Source: Squalus acanthias
Taxonomy: Eukaryota
Reading direction: 5' to 3'
Assembly: GCA_030390025.1 (NCBI GenBank)
Contig: CM059432.1
Location: 50,284,001 to 50,348,000 of the forward strand
DNA length: 64,000 nt
Shown here: in pieces, positions 25,200-38,907 of the stretch
Position numbering within the stretch: the first letter of the stretch is position 1
How the letters are laid out: the number at the start of each line of letters is the position of its first letter
Notes under the pieces: model-generated
Told to the model about the DNA's origin: nothing
Database searches by the model: none
Seen by the model: only the letters and a program-made list of their open reading frames with translations
Translations under genes and position numbers: made by a program

Positions 25200-25924
25200 A
25201 GGGCGAAATTCGCCTCCTTTGCGCCCGCCATTAGCGCCTCCGGGGAGCACTAACGGGGCACAAAGGGGTTATCGCCCGGTGGGGGGCGATAATAGCACCT
25301 CCCGAGAAATTCGGCGGGGTGCTGCTGAGGCGCTAGCCGATAGCGCCGAGCCCCGCCGGTAGTGGCCCGGGCCGCTGCGCCGCCGACGATGACATCATCG
25401 CCAAGCAACGCAACCCCTTAGCGCCCCGCCGCGGCCCTTTACCGCCCCGCGGCAGAAATTCAGTAGCGACAGCCTCACGGGGCGGTATTTAAAGGGGCAG
25501 TCCGGTTGCGGCCCATGTCAACGTTTTAATCTTTTGGCCGACCTCCAGGTCGGCCCCTCTTGGCAGCCATTGGCGTGGTCCGTGGCCGCCATCGCGCCGT
25601 CCAGCACCATGACTTGGTGGCAGGCTGCGGCCACGGCACCATGCCGCCCTGGTGGACTAGTGGAGGCTGTCAAATGGCCTGCAGAGCTCACAGTATCCCT
25701 CCCATTTAACGGAAGGGGAGGGGTGGTGAAACGGAACAGTGCTACGTGGAGCTACCGTGCTTTGCGCCCCAGACAGCGCCCCGAAAGGAAGTGGAGTGCC
25801 CAAGATAGCGCTCTGCTTCCTCGTCAGGGCAGTAAGCCCAATTTAGCGGCCGGGGTGGTACTCCTATGCCGGGTGCTAAATGTCTGCCGCTAATTCAGTT
25901 ACACCCCCACTGAATTTCTCCCCC
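25200..25924. mobile_element. Harbinger-type MITE, very CpG-rich
   Basis: AGGGCGAAATTC / GAATTTCTCCCCC ends flanked by AAG; interrupts CR1. Confidence 0.75.
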
Positions 25925-26755
25925 AAGTCTTCTCTTTTCTAAAGAAAAAAGCCCCAACCTGTTCAATCTTTCCCGATAGCTTTAATCTCTCAGTTCTGAT
26001 ACGATCCTTGTAAATCTTTTTTGCACCTTCTCCAATGCTTCTATGTCTTTTTATAGCATGGAGACCAGAACTATGCACAGTACTCTCTAAGTGCGGTCTG
26101 ACCAAGGTCCTATACAAGTTTATCTTAACTTCACTACTTTTGAATTCTATACCCTTAGAAATAAATCCCAGTGCTTTGTTAGCATTTTTAATTGCTTTAC
26201 TGACCTGCCATGCTACTTTTAATGATTTGTTCACCTGTATCCCTAGATCACTTTGTTCTTCTACCCTATTCAGTTTTTTACTTTCTAACATGTAGGTGAT
26301 GTTTCTATTTTTCCTACCAAAGTGCATCACCTCACATTTATCTATGTTAAAATTCATTTGCTACTTAACTGTCCAGTCTGCAAGTTTTCTAATGTCTTCT
26401 TGTATTATGTTGCATTCTTCCTCAGTGTTATCTGTTCCTCCCAGTTTGATATCATCTGCAAATTTTGATATTGAGTTACTTGTTTCTAAGTCCAAATCAT
26501 TAATGTAACTTATGAATAACAGTGGTCCCAGCACTGATCCTTGTGGAGTATCACTTTCTATCTTCCTCCAATCTGAATAACTATCCTTTACCCCTACTCT
26601 CTGCTTTCTATTTTTTAACCAATTTGCTACCTTTCAGCTATTTGTCCCCGGACTCCACATGCCCTAACCTTTGTCATGAGCCTACCATGTAGTACCTTAT
26701 TGAAGGCCTTTAGAAAATCCAAATATATGACATCTACTGCATTACCCTTGTCTAC

Positions 26756-27179
26756 GGGCAACACGGTGGCATAGTGGTTAGCACTGGTGCCTCACAGCGC
26801 CAGAGACCCGGGTTCGAATCTGACCTCGGGTGACTGTCTGTGTGGAGTTTGCACATTCTCCCCGTGTCTGCGTGGGTTTCCTCCGGGTGCTCCGGTTTCC
26901 TCCCACAGTCCAAAAATGTGTGGGTTAGGTTGATTTGGCTATGATAAATTGACCCTTAGTGTTAGGGGGGATTAAATATGTGGGGTTATGGGGATAGGAT
27001 GGGATATGTTAGGGGGAATTAAATACGTGGGGTTACGGGGGTAGGGTGGGATATGTGTACTGTGGGGATTGAAGCAGGGACAGGGTACTGGATTTGGATG
27101 ATCAGCCATGATCGTATTAAATGGCGGAGCAGGCTCGAATGGCCTACTCCTGCTCCTAGATTCTATGTTTCTATGTCTA
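26756..27179 (+). mobile_element. HE1-like V-SINE (tRNA-derived head, CR1-type tail)
   Basis: A box TGGCATAGTGG, B box GGTTCGAATC, V-domain TGTGGAGTTTGCACATTCTCCCCGTGTCTGCGTGGGTTTCCTCCGGGTGCTCCGGTTTCCTCCCACA, (TTCTATG) tail; TSD tgtctac/tgtttac. Confidence 0.9.
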
Positions 27180-28437
27180 TGTTTACTCTTTCCGTTATCT
27201 CTTCAACAAATTCTATCAGGTTAGTTAGGCATGAATATTCTTTTAAGCTCGTCATCGAGTGAACTCTATATTTTAAACTTATTTAGTAAAAACTGAGGCA
27301 AAGTAGTTATTCAATGGTTCTGCCATTTCTCTGTCATTACCTGTGAGTTTACCTTTAGTGGCCCTATCCCTACTTTAATTATCCTTTTGTTATTTATGTG
27401 TCTATAGAACACTTTATTATTTCTCTTTAAATTCCTTGATAATTTGATTTTGGAGTTTCTCTGATGGATTTTTTAACTTTTCTCCTAAGTTCTTCGTATT
27501 CCCTTTTGTCCTTCTCTCCTTTAATATCGAAATACTTCTTATATGTATTTTTCTTTAGATTCAATTTACTCTTTCGTTCTTTATTCATCCACGCTGCCCC
27601 ATAATTAGCTTGCTTGTTTTTGGCTTTTAGTGGAATGCATTTCTCTTGAATTCTATTGATTACCCTTTTAAAGATTTCCCACTGTTTTTCTGTCTCTTTG
27701 TTTTTCAAGATTTTCTCCCAGTTTACCTTCTTTAGTTACGTCCTCATTTCCTCATAATTTTCTCTTTTCCAATCTATTAGCTTAGGCCTTGTCTAACTTA
27801 TGTCACTTTTGATCCTAATCTTGAAATGTACTAATGTGGTGATCATTACTACTCAGATGCTCTCCTATTCTTACTTCTCCAATCTGTTCTGGTTCATTAC
27901 CCATTACAAGATTCAGCAGTGATTCTTTCCTTGTTCTACTTCTTACATTCTTACATACATATATCTGTGCCATTGGGTCTGTTGCCACAACCTACCTTGA
28001 CGGCGGCAATCTTTACCCTGCACTAATCATCTGCCAAGGTGAGGTCTCATCATCTCTTTCCACAGATGCAGGTGTGTGGGTACTGGCAGATCAGCACAGA
28101 GCATCAAAACCCGGTCATCATCAATTTGGGGCAGTCCCCTTTTCCCACCACTTGACATCAGAGGATTCCCATTGGAAAACTCATTGATGGATGTAATGGT
28201 GATGCAGAAGAAAATGACAAAAATAGGGGCTGGAGCATCTTGGGACCTGGTGAGAACCTATGGAGGAAACAGTGTGGCAGCCTACAACTGGCAACCAAGT
28301 TCATGCTGAGAAGTTATTTCTGCGAGCAAAACATTTTTAAAATGATTGTGCCAAGGAGGAAGATTGTGTGACCAAGAGTGAAAAAAGCACTGTGCAATTC
28401 ATCAACATGGCAGAGTAAGGACGCCAATCGCATAAAG

Positions 28438-28640
28438 GCACCTTGCTTTAATGATGAAGTCATTGAACAGCTATTGCAGGAAGTGGGGCAAAGCAGTGAT
28501 GCCCTATTTTCCCGCAATGAGAGAAAAGTCAAGAAGGCTGCAGCAGGAGGTGACTGAGGTCATCAACAGCAGCTGAACCTTACCAAGAACATGGATGCAA
28601 TTCCAACAAAAAGTTTAACGTCCTCACCAGGAGGGGAAAG
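28438..28640 (+). pseudogene. Old Harbinger Myb exon-1 remnant
   Basis: APCFNDEVIEQLLQEV...PRTWMQ...KFNVLTRRGK followed by a gtaagt donor; indels and stop. Confidence 0.55.
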
Positions 28641-28811
28641 TAAGTGTGAACCCTCAGACATATTTATAACTGTGAGCTCTGTGGCAACTACCAAGTATTT
28701 CCTGGCACTCAGTGTTATGTGCTCATTAAAATCATGTAATGTAAGCATGGTACAGACTCACATCCACTTAGAATCTACTCCCTGGTCACAAGCCAGACAA
28801 TCCATGGAATG

Positions 28812-31760
28812 GATTGTCCACAAAAAGCAGGACAAATCCAATCTGGCCAATTACCACCCCATCAGTCTACTCTCAATCACTAGCAAAGTGATGGAAGGTG
28901 TAGTCGACAGTGCTATCAAGCGGCACTTACTCACCAATAACCTGCTCACTGATGCCCAGTTTGGGTTCCAAAGTGATCACTCAGCTCCAGACCTCATTAC
29001 AGCTTAGTCCAAAAACGGAAAAAAGAGCTGAATTCCAGAGGTGAGGTAAGAGCAACTGCCATTGACATCAAGGCAGCATTTGACTGAGTGTGGCATCAAG
29101 GAGCCCTAGTAAAATTGAAGTCAATGGGAATCAGGGGGAAAACTCTCCAGCTGCTTCATCAATGACCTTCCCTCCATCAAAGGCTCAGAAGTGGGCTGTT
29201 CGCTGATGATTGCACAGTATTCAGTTCCATTTGCAACTCCTCAGATAATGAAGCAGTCCATGCCCGCATGCAGCAAGACCTGGACGACATTCAGTCTTGG
29301 GCTGATAAGTGGCAAGTAACATTTGTGCCATACAAGTGCCAGACAATGACTATCTCCAACAAGAGAGAGACTAGCCGCCTCCCCTTGACATTCAACGGCA
29401 TTACCATCGGCACATTCCCCACCATCAACATCCTGGGGGTCACCATTGACCACAAACTTAACTGGACCAGCCACATAAATACGGTGGCAACAAGAGCAGG
29501 TCAGAGGCTAGACATTCTGTGGTAAGTGTCTCACCTTCTGACTACTGTAAAATTCGCAATTATCGCGATTCGAAATAACGAGATAAAGCAGATTTGTTTC
29601 ATCAGTTTTATTTCAACGAAATGCTGTCATGATTAAACAGGACACAGAAGCCTGTAAAATGGCCGCCGCACCTCGTGGCAGAAGCTTCCAGAATTTTCAG
29701 TGGGCAGACAAGATGGCGTTCGAATAAACATTTCAGTATAAGATTGGTTAATACGCAGCAAACACTGATAAAGACAGGATGCAACCTGTCTGCATTCGAC
29801 ACAATAGCAAAGATATAAGTGCTGGAATCATTTTCCATGCAAGTAAGGACCATTGTAATGGGCAATCGAAGGCCCATCCAGATACATCAATACGCAAATT
29901 CCCCACGGCTCTACAATGAGAGAGCCATTCTCGGGTACTTACACAAGTATTCGGAGGCACCCAAAACCCCGCCAGGGAGGCTCCTAGCCGGTTCGACAAT
30001 GGGAAAAACATTAACGGGTAGTTGGCCAGTTTAAGGTGCTACCGAAACCCATTACAAACAAGAATCACCCCATACTGGGAATTTTGAGCGCCAAGATTTT
30101 ACAAAGGATGAACATTAAGATTGGGCGGGAGATAAGGAAAACACAGCACTATAACTATAGTGAACAAATGTCCATCGCTCTCTTGACTCTTGACTCTTAT
30201 CTTGCTGCTGGCTGCTGAACGCTCTTATTCCTCTGATCCTCCCGGGGCTGGTTCGTTTGAACTGACTCTGGACGCGGGCTGAACTTTTATTCTCCTGTTG
30301 GGTGGAGCTCAATTTGGAACGAGCCGCCTCAACGGAGGCCAGTGACCGGGTGCACCATCCCGAGGGTCGGTAAACGGTGTTCTGGACCCGAAGGCCCGAA
30401 GAGATGAGACGAGACAAGATGAGAAGAGAAGAAGAAGAATCCACGTGCTGCCGCGGTCAGTAAACCCCGACCGCGCCCGAAAATATATAGACCATTTTTG
30501 AACTCTACTGCACGAACTGGTCAAAGACTCTTCTTTGAATTCTACCAGCAACCGGTGTCGGACACAGGAAGACTCTTCTTCGAACCGGGCCCCGAGCACT
30601 GTCGAGTTCTTCATGACAACGGGGAGCCCAGCCTGCTAGCCGGAGCAGAGAAGATAAACAAGTGGGGTACAGAGACCCCTTCCAACACGTGACAGTCAGG
30701 TGTTGCAGCAAAACAAGCCGAGTGCCTTACTTTAAAATTCTCCGAAGTATCACAAGTGGTGAGCATGTTTCCTCGATCCTACAAATCTAGATTAGTGTAG
30801 GTATTGATAGGGGAGGGTGGTTCTTATTAAGGATAAATATAATGTGTTCCCCTTTTTACGATGTGCCGTGCGTTCCTCATTACCCTAGACCAAGTTTTAT
30901 GAATGTATGTATACATGTACTGTCATTAATTTGTGCCTATGACATGTACTTCATGATTTTGGACGTTATGCAATAAAGATTTCCATTTCGTACTATTCAA
31001 CCGGGTCTATCTGAGTTTTCTCTGCATTACTGCTCTCGCACCTAAGTCCAGTGTTAGAACCGTAAGGGCGAGTGGGTCGAACCACTCACAGGTGCTTATT
31101 GCAACAAGGCTGGCCGGAGACCAGAGCAAGCAATAGTATTAGGCAACGAAGGCCTAACCTCGCACCAGCACCGTCTGCGATACAAGCACCCTGAACCGAA
31201 CCCCTTACACTCCCCAAAGCCTTCCCACTATCTACAAGGCACAAGTCAGGAGTGTGATGGAATACTCTCCACTTGCCAGCTCCAACAACACTCAAGAAGC
31301 TCGAAACCATTCAAGACAAAGCAGCCCGCTTGATTGGCACCCCATCCACCACCTTAAACAATCACTCCCTCCACCACCGGCGTACCGTGGCTGCGGTGGG
31401 TACCATCTACAAGATGCACTGCAGCAACTCGCCAAGGCTTCTTCGACAGCACCTCCAAAACCCGCGACCTGTTGCACCTAGAAGGACAAGGGCAGCAGGC
31501 GCATGGGAACACCACCACCTCCAAGTTCCCCTCCAAGTCACACACCATCCTGACTTGGAAGTATATCGCCGATCCTTCATCGTCGCTGGGTCAAAATCCT
31601 GGACCTCCCTCCCTAACAGCACTGTGGGAGTACCTTCACCACATGGACTGCAGCGGTTCAAGAAGGCGGCTCATCACTACGTTCTCAAGGGCAATTAGGG
31701 GGCTGGGCAATAAATGCTGGCCTTGCCAGTGACGCCCACATCACGTGAACGAATAAAAAA
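28812..31760 (+). mobile_element. CR1-group (Zenon-like) LINE fragment, same family as 15113-17266, split by a solo LTR
   Basis: ANYHPISLLSITSKVMEG, INILGVTIDHKLNW, HSLHHRRTVAAV; A-rich tail near 31751. Confidence 0.85.
29546..31209 (+). mobile_element. Solo LTR-like insertion (1664 bp)
   Basis: TGTAA...TTACA inverted ends, 4-bp TSD CTAC/CTCC, LINE resumes exactly after it; AATAAA 30972-30977. Confidence 0.75.
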
Positions 31761-32370
31761 TAAATTCCAAAATACTGGAGAAAGCATCAAATAATGTGTC
31801 AAATAATTGAATTTTCCTGGGGGTGGGGGTAGACATCGCAGGCTCATGCTCACACTGAGAAACTTTACACTCCAGAAGCGCATTCCAGGAATTTGGATGC
31901 AGAGGCCATAGCACCCTGTTAGATTTTCTATCCAAAATTCCTCCATTCTGAAATTTCTGATATATTCTCCAGACACAAGAAACTTCACACTGGAAGCACA
32001 AATTTGCAAAGGCACAGGGGGAGAAATTCATTATAGCCCAGGAGTGGGCGCTAACTTTGGAAAAGGTGGAGATTTTGCGCCAGGCACTAATGATCTCGCT
32101 GCATGTAAAATTCATTGTCATCGCTCAAAGGGCTGGAGCACTAAATCAAGTGCGAATGACCTAGCTCAGTGGTGTTACACTCAAAGTGCTAACCAATATC
32201 AGGTGCAGTCTAATCGCTAGTCATCATTACCACAGGCTCATTCCAGTTTTTAAAGGGGAGGTTCAATCATGCTACAGAACCTCATTCTCAGCATTGCTGC
32301 CTGTGAAGCTCTGTCAGCAAGCAGGAGCAGGCCAAGTCCAAGGAGCCAGACGACTCAACCAGCTGTACTC

Positions 32371-34367
32371 ATGGCAGATCCACGCCCCAGGGAGAGAGCT
32401 CGCAGATTTTCAGACCAAGCATTGGAGGCCTTGGTCTTCGCTGTGGAGAGACGGAGGGCAGTGCTGTACCCAGCAAGTGGCAGGAGGCCCTTGCCGCAAG
32501 TCTTCCATGACATGTGGAGGGAGGTAGCCCATCAGCTCTTGGGCAGCACTGTGGACCCCAGGACCCACACACAGTGCAGGAAGAAATTTAACGACCTCAC
32601 TCGGGTGGTCAGGGTGAGTCAATGCCTCAACAAATGCTACATACCACCGTCTGAGCCACAATCTTCACACACTGGCCAAAGCACCACACCCCCAGCACTC
32701 ACCCACCAACAATCTCCACCTACCAACACTCACACCCACATCTCACGCCTTGCACACAATGACAGCTATTCAACTATGGCAGGCACATCACCCAAACACA
32801 TTGCTCCACACTCACTCACTGACTCACTCACTCACTGACTCACTCACTGACTCACTCACTCACTCACTCACTCACTGACTCACTCACTCACTCACTCAAT
32901 CACTCACTCACTCACTCACTCACTCAATCACTCACTCACTCACTCACTCACTCAATCACACATTTTCCTTTCTCTTGCAGGCCAACGTGGCTCACAACAG
33001 GAGGGAGAAGGAGCGCACAGGTGGGGGTCAAGCCGACACCCAACCACGGTCTGCGCTGGAAAACAGAGTGCTGCAGATAATTGGGCGCCAGGTGGTGGGC
33101 GCCATGGCCACCGGCGACATTGACCCCCTTGGGGACAACAATGGTATCATCATCCCTACTCCTTCTTCTCACATCCCACTTCCCCCTCACCCCAAAAGAC
33201 TTTCGCACTTTCCAGCTAATCATGCTGCATTTCTCCCTTCCTGCCCCCCTCCCCTCACCTAAATACATCTCTTGTGCCTTTATGCTTTCAGATAATGAGC
33301 AAGCACCGGAGCAGCCAGTCCCTGAGGGCACTGTAGAGAGTGATGCGGGAGAAGTGGAGGAGGAAGAACACACCGTGTCACTGCATGTCTCACCCGCAGG
33401 CACCAGCTCAGATACTGGCACTACGCATTCTTTAGAGGCTAGTATAGTAGTGGGATCTGCACAGGGTGATGCACCGGGAACGAGCGGGCTGCAGCAAGGC
33501 CAAGGGCTGAGGGTAGCTCGGGGGCCAGCTCCCTGGCGGGCGAGTTCGCGCACGAGTTCTGCTGCACAGGACTCGGATGAGGACCTCGATGAGGAGGCCT
33601 TTAGAAGAAGGGTGATGGGCATGCACACGGAGATGATAGGTGCAATGACAAGGATGCCTGAGAGCCGATCGGCAATGGTAAGGAGCGTGGAGGAGTCCAC
33701 CTCCAACATTGACAAAGCTCTGTGCAGAGCATGGAGCCCATCATTTCCAGTCTGCAAAGGATGGTAGACTCCCCGAGATACCGTGGCGACCCAGACCTGA
33801 TGCCACGTGTGATGGGCGATCTGGCAGCTTCCATTGCAGCACAGGCGGAAGCGAACGCAATGTCTTAGTGCTGTAATGCAGTCTATGCTTGGTGCCAGTC
33901 AATCTCAGACTGCTCTCATGCAGTCTCAGCTTGATGCCAAGCAAGCTCTGACTGCTGCCATCGTGGCTGGGTCAACCACCGTCGACCGGGGCTTTAACGA
34001 TGACGCAGCAGGCCAGCAACCTGTGCTCCAACAGATTGCTAGGGATGCTGAGGAGCTGCCCCGGGGGAGTGGCAGTGGGTCAGTAGAGCAGGAACCTGCT
34101 GTCCTCTCTCACAATGATAGCATTCCTGCTCCCACTGCTGCCACTCTGCCATTGCCCTTGTCGCTGCCTGTCATCCACACTGCTGCCGCCCATGCTGAGG
34201 TGGTGCAGTCTACAGCCGGGCCTTCCAGGCCCAGAGCTGATCGAGGGCATCCTGCAAGGCCATCTGAAGTCTCCCACATGGATACTCAGCAGCCTTTCAC
34301 CAGCCGTGCTGCAGCGAGGCCAACACTTTGTAAGAGCACTAGAGTAGGCAAAGGCACAGTAACGTGA
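32371..34367 (+). pseudogene. Harbinger Myb/SANT-like gene, exons 32371-32613, 32981-33143, 33292-34367
   Basis: MADPRPRERARRFSDQALEALV...QCRKKFNDLTRVVR; canonical GT/AG sites; exon 2 is 163 nt as in copy C; two frameshifts (about 33715 and 33852). Confidence 0.85.
32809..32956 (+). repeat. (CACT)n microsatellite in Myb intron 1
   Basis: Direct inspection. Confidence 0.95.
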
Positions 34368-34559
34368 AGCACTAAGGGATTGCACAAGGGTGAATAGTAA
34401 ATGTTGTTGTAAAGATGTGTTCACTGATTATTGATAAATTTATTAATTCACTTCAGATAATTTTGTACTGTCTCTCATTTCAGCTGTGCGCTGTGACATG
34501 GCCTGCGACAGGGATGGAATGATGGGGATGTGGTGAGCAATGGGGATCTGGGGTTTAAT

Positions 34560-35723
34560 TTATTGGAACCCCAGTCTGATGAGACGGTCACGGGCCGCCC
34601 TTCCATAAGGCCGATTGAAAGGCTGCCTCCTCCCTCGCTCCTGTTCCTCCTCCCCTCCTCTCCCTCCTCCTCATCTTCCTTGTCCTCCTTGTCATCGTCC
34701 TCCTCCTCTCCCTCCTCCTCCTCCTGAGGTGGTCCCGCAATTCCTGATGGCAAGGGCTGGGTCCTCATGATGGCCAGATTGTGGAGCATGCAGCAGACCA
34801 TGATGAAATGGGACACCTGCGAGTACTGGAGGGCTCTTCCCGAGTGGTCAAGGCAGTGGAACCGTTGCTTGAGCACCCCGATGGTCTGCTCAATGATGTT
34901 CCTGATGGCGGCATGGCTCTCATTATAAAAGTGCTGTGCAGGAGTGTTGGGGTTGCGGAGGGGAGTCATGAGCCAGGTGGACAGCGGATACACCTTGTCT
35001 CCAACCAGCCAGCCGCGAGCTTGATGTGTTGGCTGGAAGAGTGCTGGAACAGGATGAAGGCATCGTGGCTGCTGCCAGGATAGCGGGCATTGACATTGAG
35101 GATTAGCTGTCTGCGGTCGCACACCAACTGCACATTAAGTGAGTGGTAGCCTTTGCAGTTACAGAAGATCTCAGGATTTTTATGCGGTGCCCACAAAGCC
35201 ACGTGGGTGCAGTCAATGGCGCCCTGCACCATGGGGTATCCCACTATCCTGGCAAAGCCATATATACGCTCGTCCTGCTTCTCTCTGGTGATGGAGAAGG
35301 AAATGTAATCCCTTCTCCTGGTGTAGAGAACCTCTGTGACCTCCCGGATGCAGCGATGGATGACGAACTGGGAGATGTTACCTATATCTCCTGTTGCAGA
35401 CTGGAAGGATCCACTGACGAAGAAATTGAGGGCGATGGTGACCTTGACTGCCACTGAGAGAGCCGTCCTCATCCTGATCTGAGGCTCAAGGTCTGGTTGC
35501 AGGAAGTGGCAGAGTTCTGTGACCACTTCCTTGCTGAAGCAGAGCCTTCTAAGACACTGCTCCTGGCTTAATTGAAGGTAGGAGAAGTGCTCTCCAAATA
35601 CCCTCGGAGGGTAAGGCCTCCTGTTGAGAGCCCTGATGGCCCTCCTCCTCCCTCTGGCAACATGTTCCAATCTTTCTCGCTGCCTGCGCTCCTTCCAAGG
35701 TCGACTGCCAGTACAGCCCCCAT
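34560..35723 (-). pseudogene. HARBI1-like DDE transposase, frameshifted
   Basis: [31 protein letters not shown] in two frames; acidic tail. Confidence 0.9.
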
Positions 35724-38308
35724 TAATGTAAGGTAGTGCAGCACTTTGATATTTTGTGAGAATAAATGTAACTAAATTTTAGTAGCCACAACACTCCGGA
35801 GACTAAACAACCTTTAAGTGATTGATTTAAACTGTTGCACAATGTCAAACTGACAAGGAAGTAGTGAAACAGCACTAACCTGAGAGCTGCGACTCATTAC
35901 TCATGAGCCCTTTAAGTCGCGCCCCTGAAGCCGTCTACCGACTGCTTCATGCCTCCTCTCCCTGTCGCTGTCAGGGCGAGGCGCTAAGGCAGGGGGCAAT
36001 ACTCAATTTGGCAGATCGGGCGTCCAGTGAGTGTTGCACGCTCACTGACATCACTGTCTGCCCGGTGCTGAAGTCCCCGGCGCTAACTTGTAGCGGCGGC
36101 ACTGCGGGAGGGCCGAATTTGACGTGCGGCGGTGGATTCACCTTGCCGCAGCGCTACTGCCTCAGCGCCCCGTTAGTGCCCCCGCCAAGCGCTAACTGGA
36201 GACGCTAAGGTACCGAATTTCTCCCCTATGATTTTTCCCCCTCCAATACAAGTGAAGGAATTTTGGGTATAACTACAACTTAAGTTAAAAGCTTGTGTCC
36301 CACTGCACTTTTGGTGTAATTCCATGTTTTCACAAGTGTTCTTGAGTTGTCAACTTTTTTGAAGCTGCTGATCAACATTTGCTCATTTCAGGAGGATCTG
36401 TCAAATCTATGAATAGAGATCGGCCCCAAAACCACACTTAAACTTCAAATAAATTTTAAAAAAAACATCACATTTTTAAAATAACTATAAGTTACATAAA
36501 TTAACTACTTTAAACAAAAATTTAAATTTTTGAAAAAATTAATTATACTTTTTAACAGTGCTAAAAATAAACTTACCTTTCTTTAAAGTATCTAAAAAAG
36601 ATAAACCTGTTGAAAAAATGTTTAAATTGTAATTAATTAACCACTTACCTTGTTAAAAACAGGCCTTGCACCTCCTTTTTAAAAGTGCAGCTTCTTCATA
36701 CTTACCTTCCCGGAGAAACCTGAAAAAAAACCTGAAGTTCGCTGCGTGCGCACAGCCCCACCCGCGCACGCATTCGACTTCTGAACCCCTCCCTTCAGGG
36801 GAACGGAAGTTCCGGTTTCCCGCGCATGCGCAGTGCATGCAGGAAACCAGCACTTCAGGTGGCCTTACGGGTGAGTACACAGCGCGTACTCATCCGACAA
36901 CAGCAGAATTTCTGGCCCACTATAAATCAGGCAGGACCAGCAGACCACCCTCCCACCCCTCATCCCAGCACTGGACAGAGCTAACACTGATGCAGGGTCG
37001 TAATCATTCACACCATGAAGAGGTCTAGGTCCACCAGCTTTCCAACAGTTTGTCAGTCAATCTTGATAATCAGCCAGCACACTTACTCCTTCAAGGAGGG
37101 AATCTATGGCTGGGAATCTATGCAAGTTTATATTGCATTGGTACAGAATGTTGCGGTGCATTCTCCATAGAATCATAGAGTCAGAGAAAAATTTCGACAC
37201 AGAAGGAGGCCATTCTGCCCATCGTCTTTCGTACACTCCCAGTAGTGTGATTGCCCCTTTTTTATTCTTTAGTTCAACCCAGCTCTACTTCAACCAAATG
37301 AGAGCAATTGGGGCAGGAGTATATATATACAATATATAAATATAGGTGTTCAGATTAGGATCAAATCAACAGTTTGCAGCATAGCCTTTTGTAGAAAAGA
37401 AGGGAAAAAGGAATAACAAATTTGGTTGCATGATTCAAAGGTTAGCAACAGTTGTTGTGTGTGTGGGAAAAGCAACCTACAAGTCTAGTTTTGCAAGTTG
37501 CACATAGGTAAAACTATTCTTTACCAAAATTAAACTTGTTCTTATAACTGCCAAAATAAAGTCAGAAGGGGAAATTTTATTAACAATTAAATCGATTTCA
37601 CGCATACAGATTTCAAATTAATCAAATGAATACACATAAATGCAACATAGTAGATCCGCAAGACACAGGTAATCATGTATAACAACAAGTTTTAACTGTT
37701 AATAAATAGTACAAGACAATTATCCTGACAGGAAGTTCTTATCTGTAACTATAACTCACTGTGATTTAAGAAATCCTGCATCTTCAATATGCTATGTTGG
37801 CAATATACACTGTGTGATGCTGCAAGTATGCAGTTTTATCATCCCCTGTGTAACATCTATTTCACTGATTGCATGTTAATCACTTGTAAATTGAAATAAG
37901 TAACAGATGTTTATTTGTTCAAACTCGATGTAATACATCACGATTCAGAAAGTGGATAAGCGACTCTGCATATTAATGAGAAAGCAATTCACAAGGTCAC
38001 CCAGCAAAACAGCAAATGACAGCTGAAAAGCTGCATTTGAATAAATGGAGAAACAAATTGTCTTGTAACCAAAGACGGCTTACACAGAACATCCTGTCAT
38101 AGTCTTTCTGCAATGTTTAAAAAGTATTACCATCACCACATTTACCTTTCTTTGAATTTATTAAAAATGCTCAGTATTGGTCTGAAATTTTATAAACCGA
38201 TGCTTCTATCTATCAAATAGGTGCTATTTTTGTAAAGTACTTGCAAAGAGAAGCTATTGATATATAAGAGTTCTTTATTACCTTGCACTATGTTCAAGAT
38301 ACCTGGGG

Positions 38309-38907
38309 AGGGACGAAATTGGAGCTTGTTTCATTTATTTCCAGGCGCAAATCTGGGGCAAAAAGGTCCAGCTTTAAGGAACTAGGTTCCGCACCTTTCA
38401 GTGTCTCCCCCGCAAGGGTGCCTTAAACACGTCCGACACCATAGTGGCATGGGCAATATTCAGGTGCCCCTGGCGGCCACCTTAAACAGACATCAGGCTC
38501 TTTGCATATGCTAATGAGGGACCTAACGCTTGTTTCAGGATCCTGCTCTGAAATTGGTCAGAAACTGAGCATGCTCCACTCAGTTTTATTGGTTCTTCTG
38601 CGGCCTAGCCAATGGTCCTTAAAGGGACCACTGGAAGCTGCCAACCCAGCGGGAGTTTACTCACTTTGAGCAGCAGGAGTACACTGCTGCAGGCAGCTGC
38701 TGGCCCGCACTCATCTTCCATCCATTCGCCTCCTCGGATCTACCTAAAGGTCGCTGCCTGCGTCGCAACTGGCACAAATTGGTATCCAGTAAACCTTTGA
38801 GCTGCCTCTGGACACCTCTCCAGAATTATTCAGATGAGGCCCAAGGCCTAGTTTGAGATGAGTGTGTCACCTAGTTTGAGAATGAGCCTAAATTAATTTC
38901 TGCCCCT
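38309..38907. mobile_element. Decayed Harbinger-type MITE
   Basis: AGGGACGAAATT / AATTTCTGCCCC ends. Confidence 0.45.

Larger units (their letters stand above)
23681..27950 (-). mobile_element. Decayed CR1 LINE fragmented by Penelope, MITE and SINE insertions
   Basis: CR1 tail at 23681; MNFNIDKCEVMHFGRKN...YRTLVRPHLE (25899-26357); QWEIFKRVINRIQEKCIP (27427-27708). Confidence 0.75.
32017..36227. mobile_element. Full-length two-gene PIF/Harbinger transposon copy B (4.2 kb), both genes frameshifted
   Basis: Perfect 12-bp TIR core GGGGAGAAATTC (32018-32029 / 36215-36226); convergent Myb-like and DDE nuclease genes. Confidence 0.92.

Noticed and set aside
26756..26830. tRNA gene
   Set aside because: tRNA-derived head of a SINE that continues into a V-domain and LINE tail; the same applies to 44460-44528
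32948..33757. 269-aa antisense ORF (also 54360-55166, 56032-56670, 59491-60108)
   Set aside because: Shadow ORFs opposite TE coding sequence, with no motifs
36377..36918. MITE ending GAATTTCTGGCCC
   Set aside because: Right TIR-like end seen but no left end or TSD could be fixed
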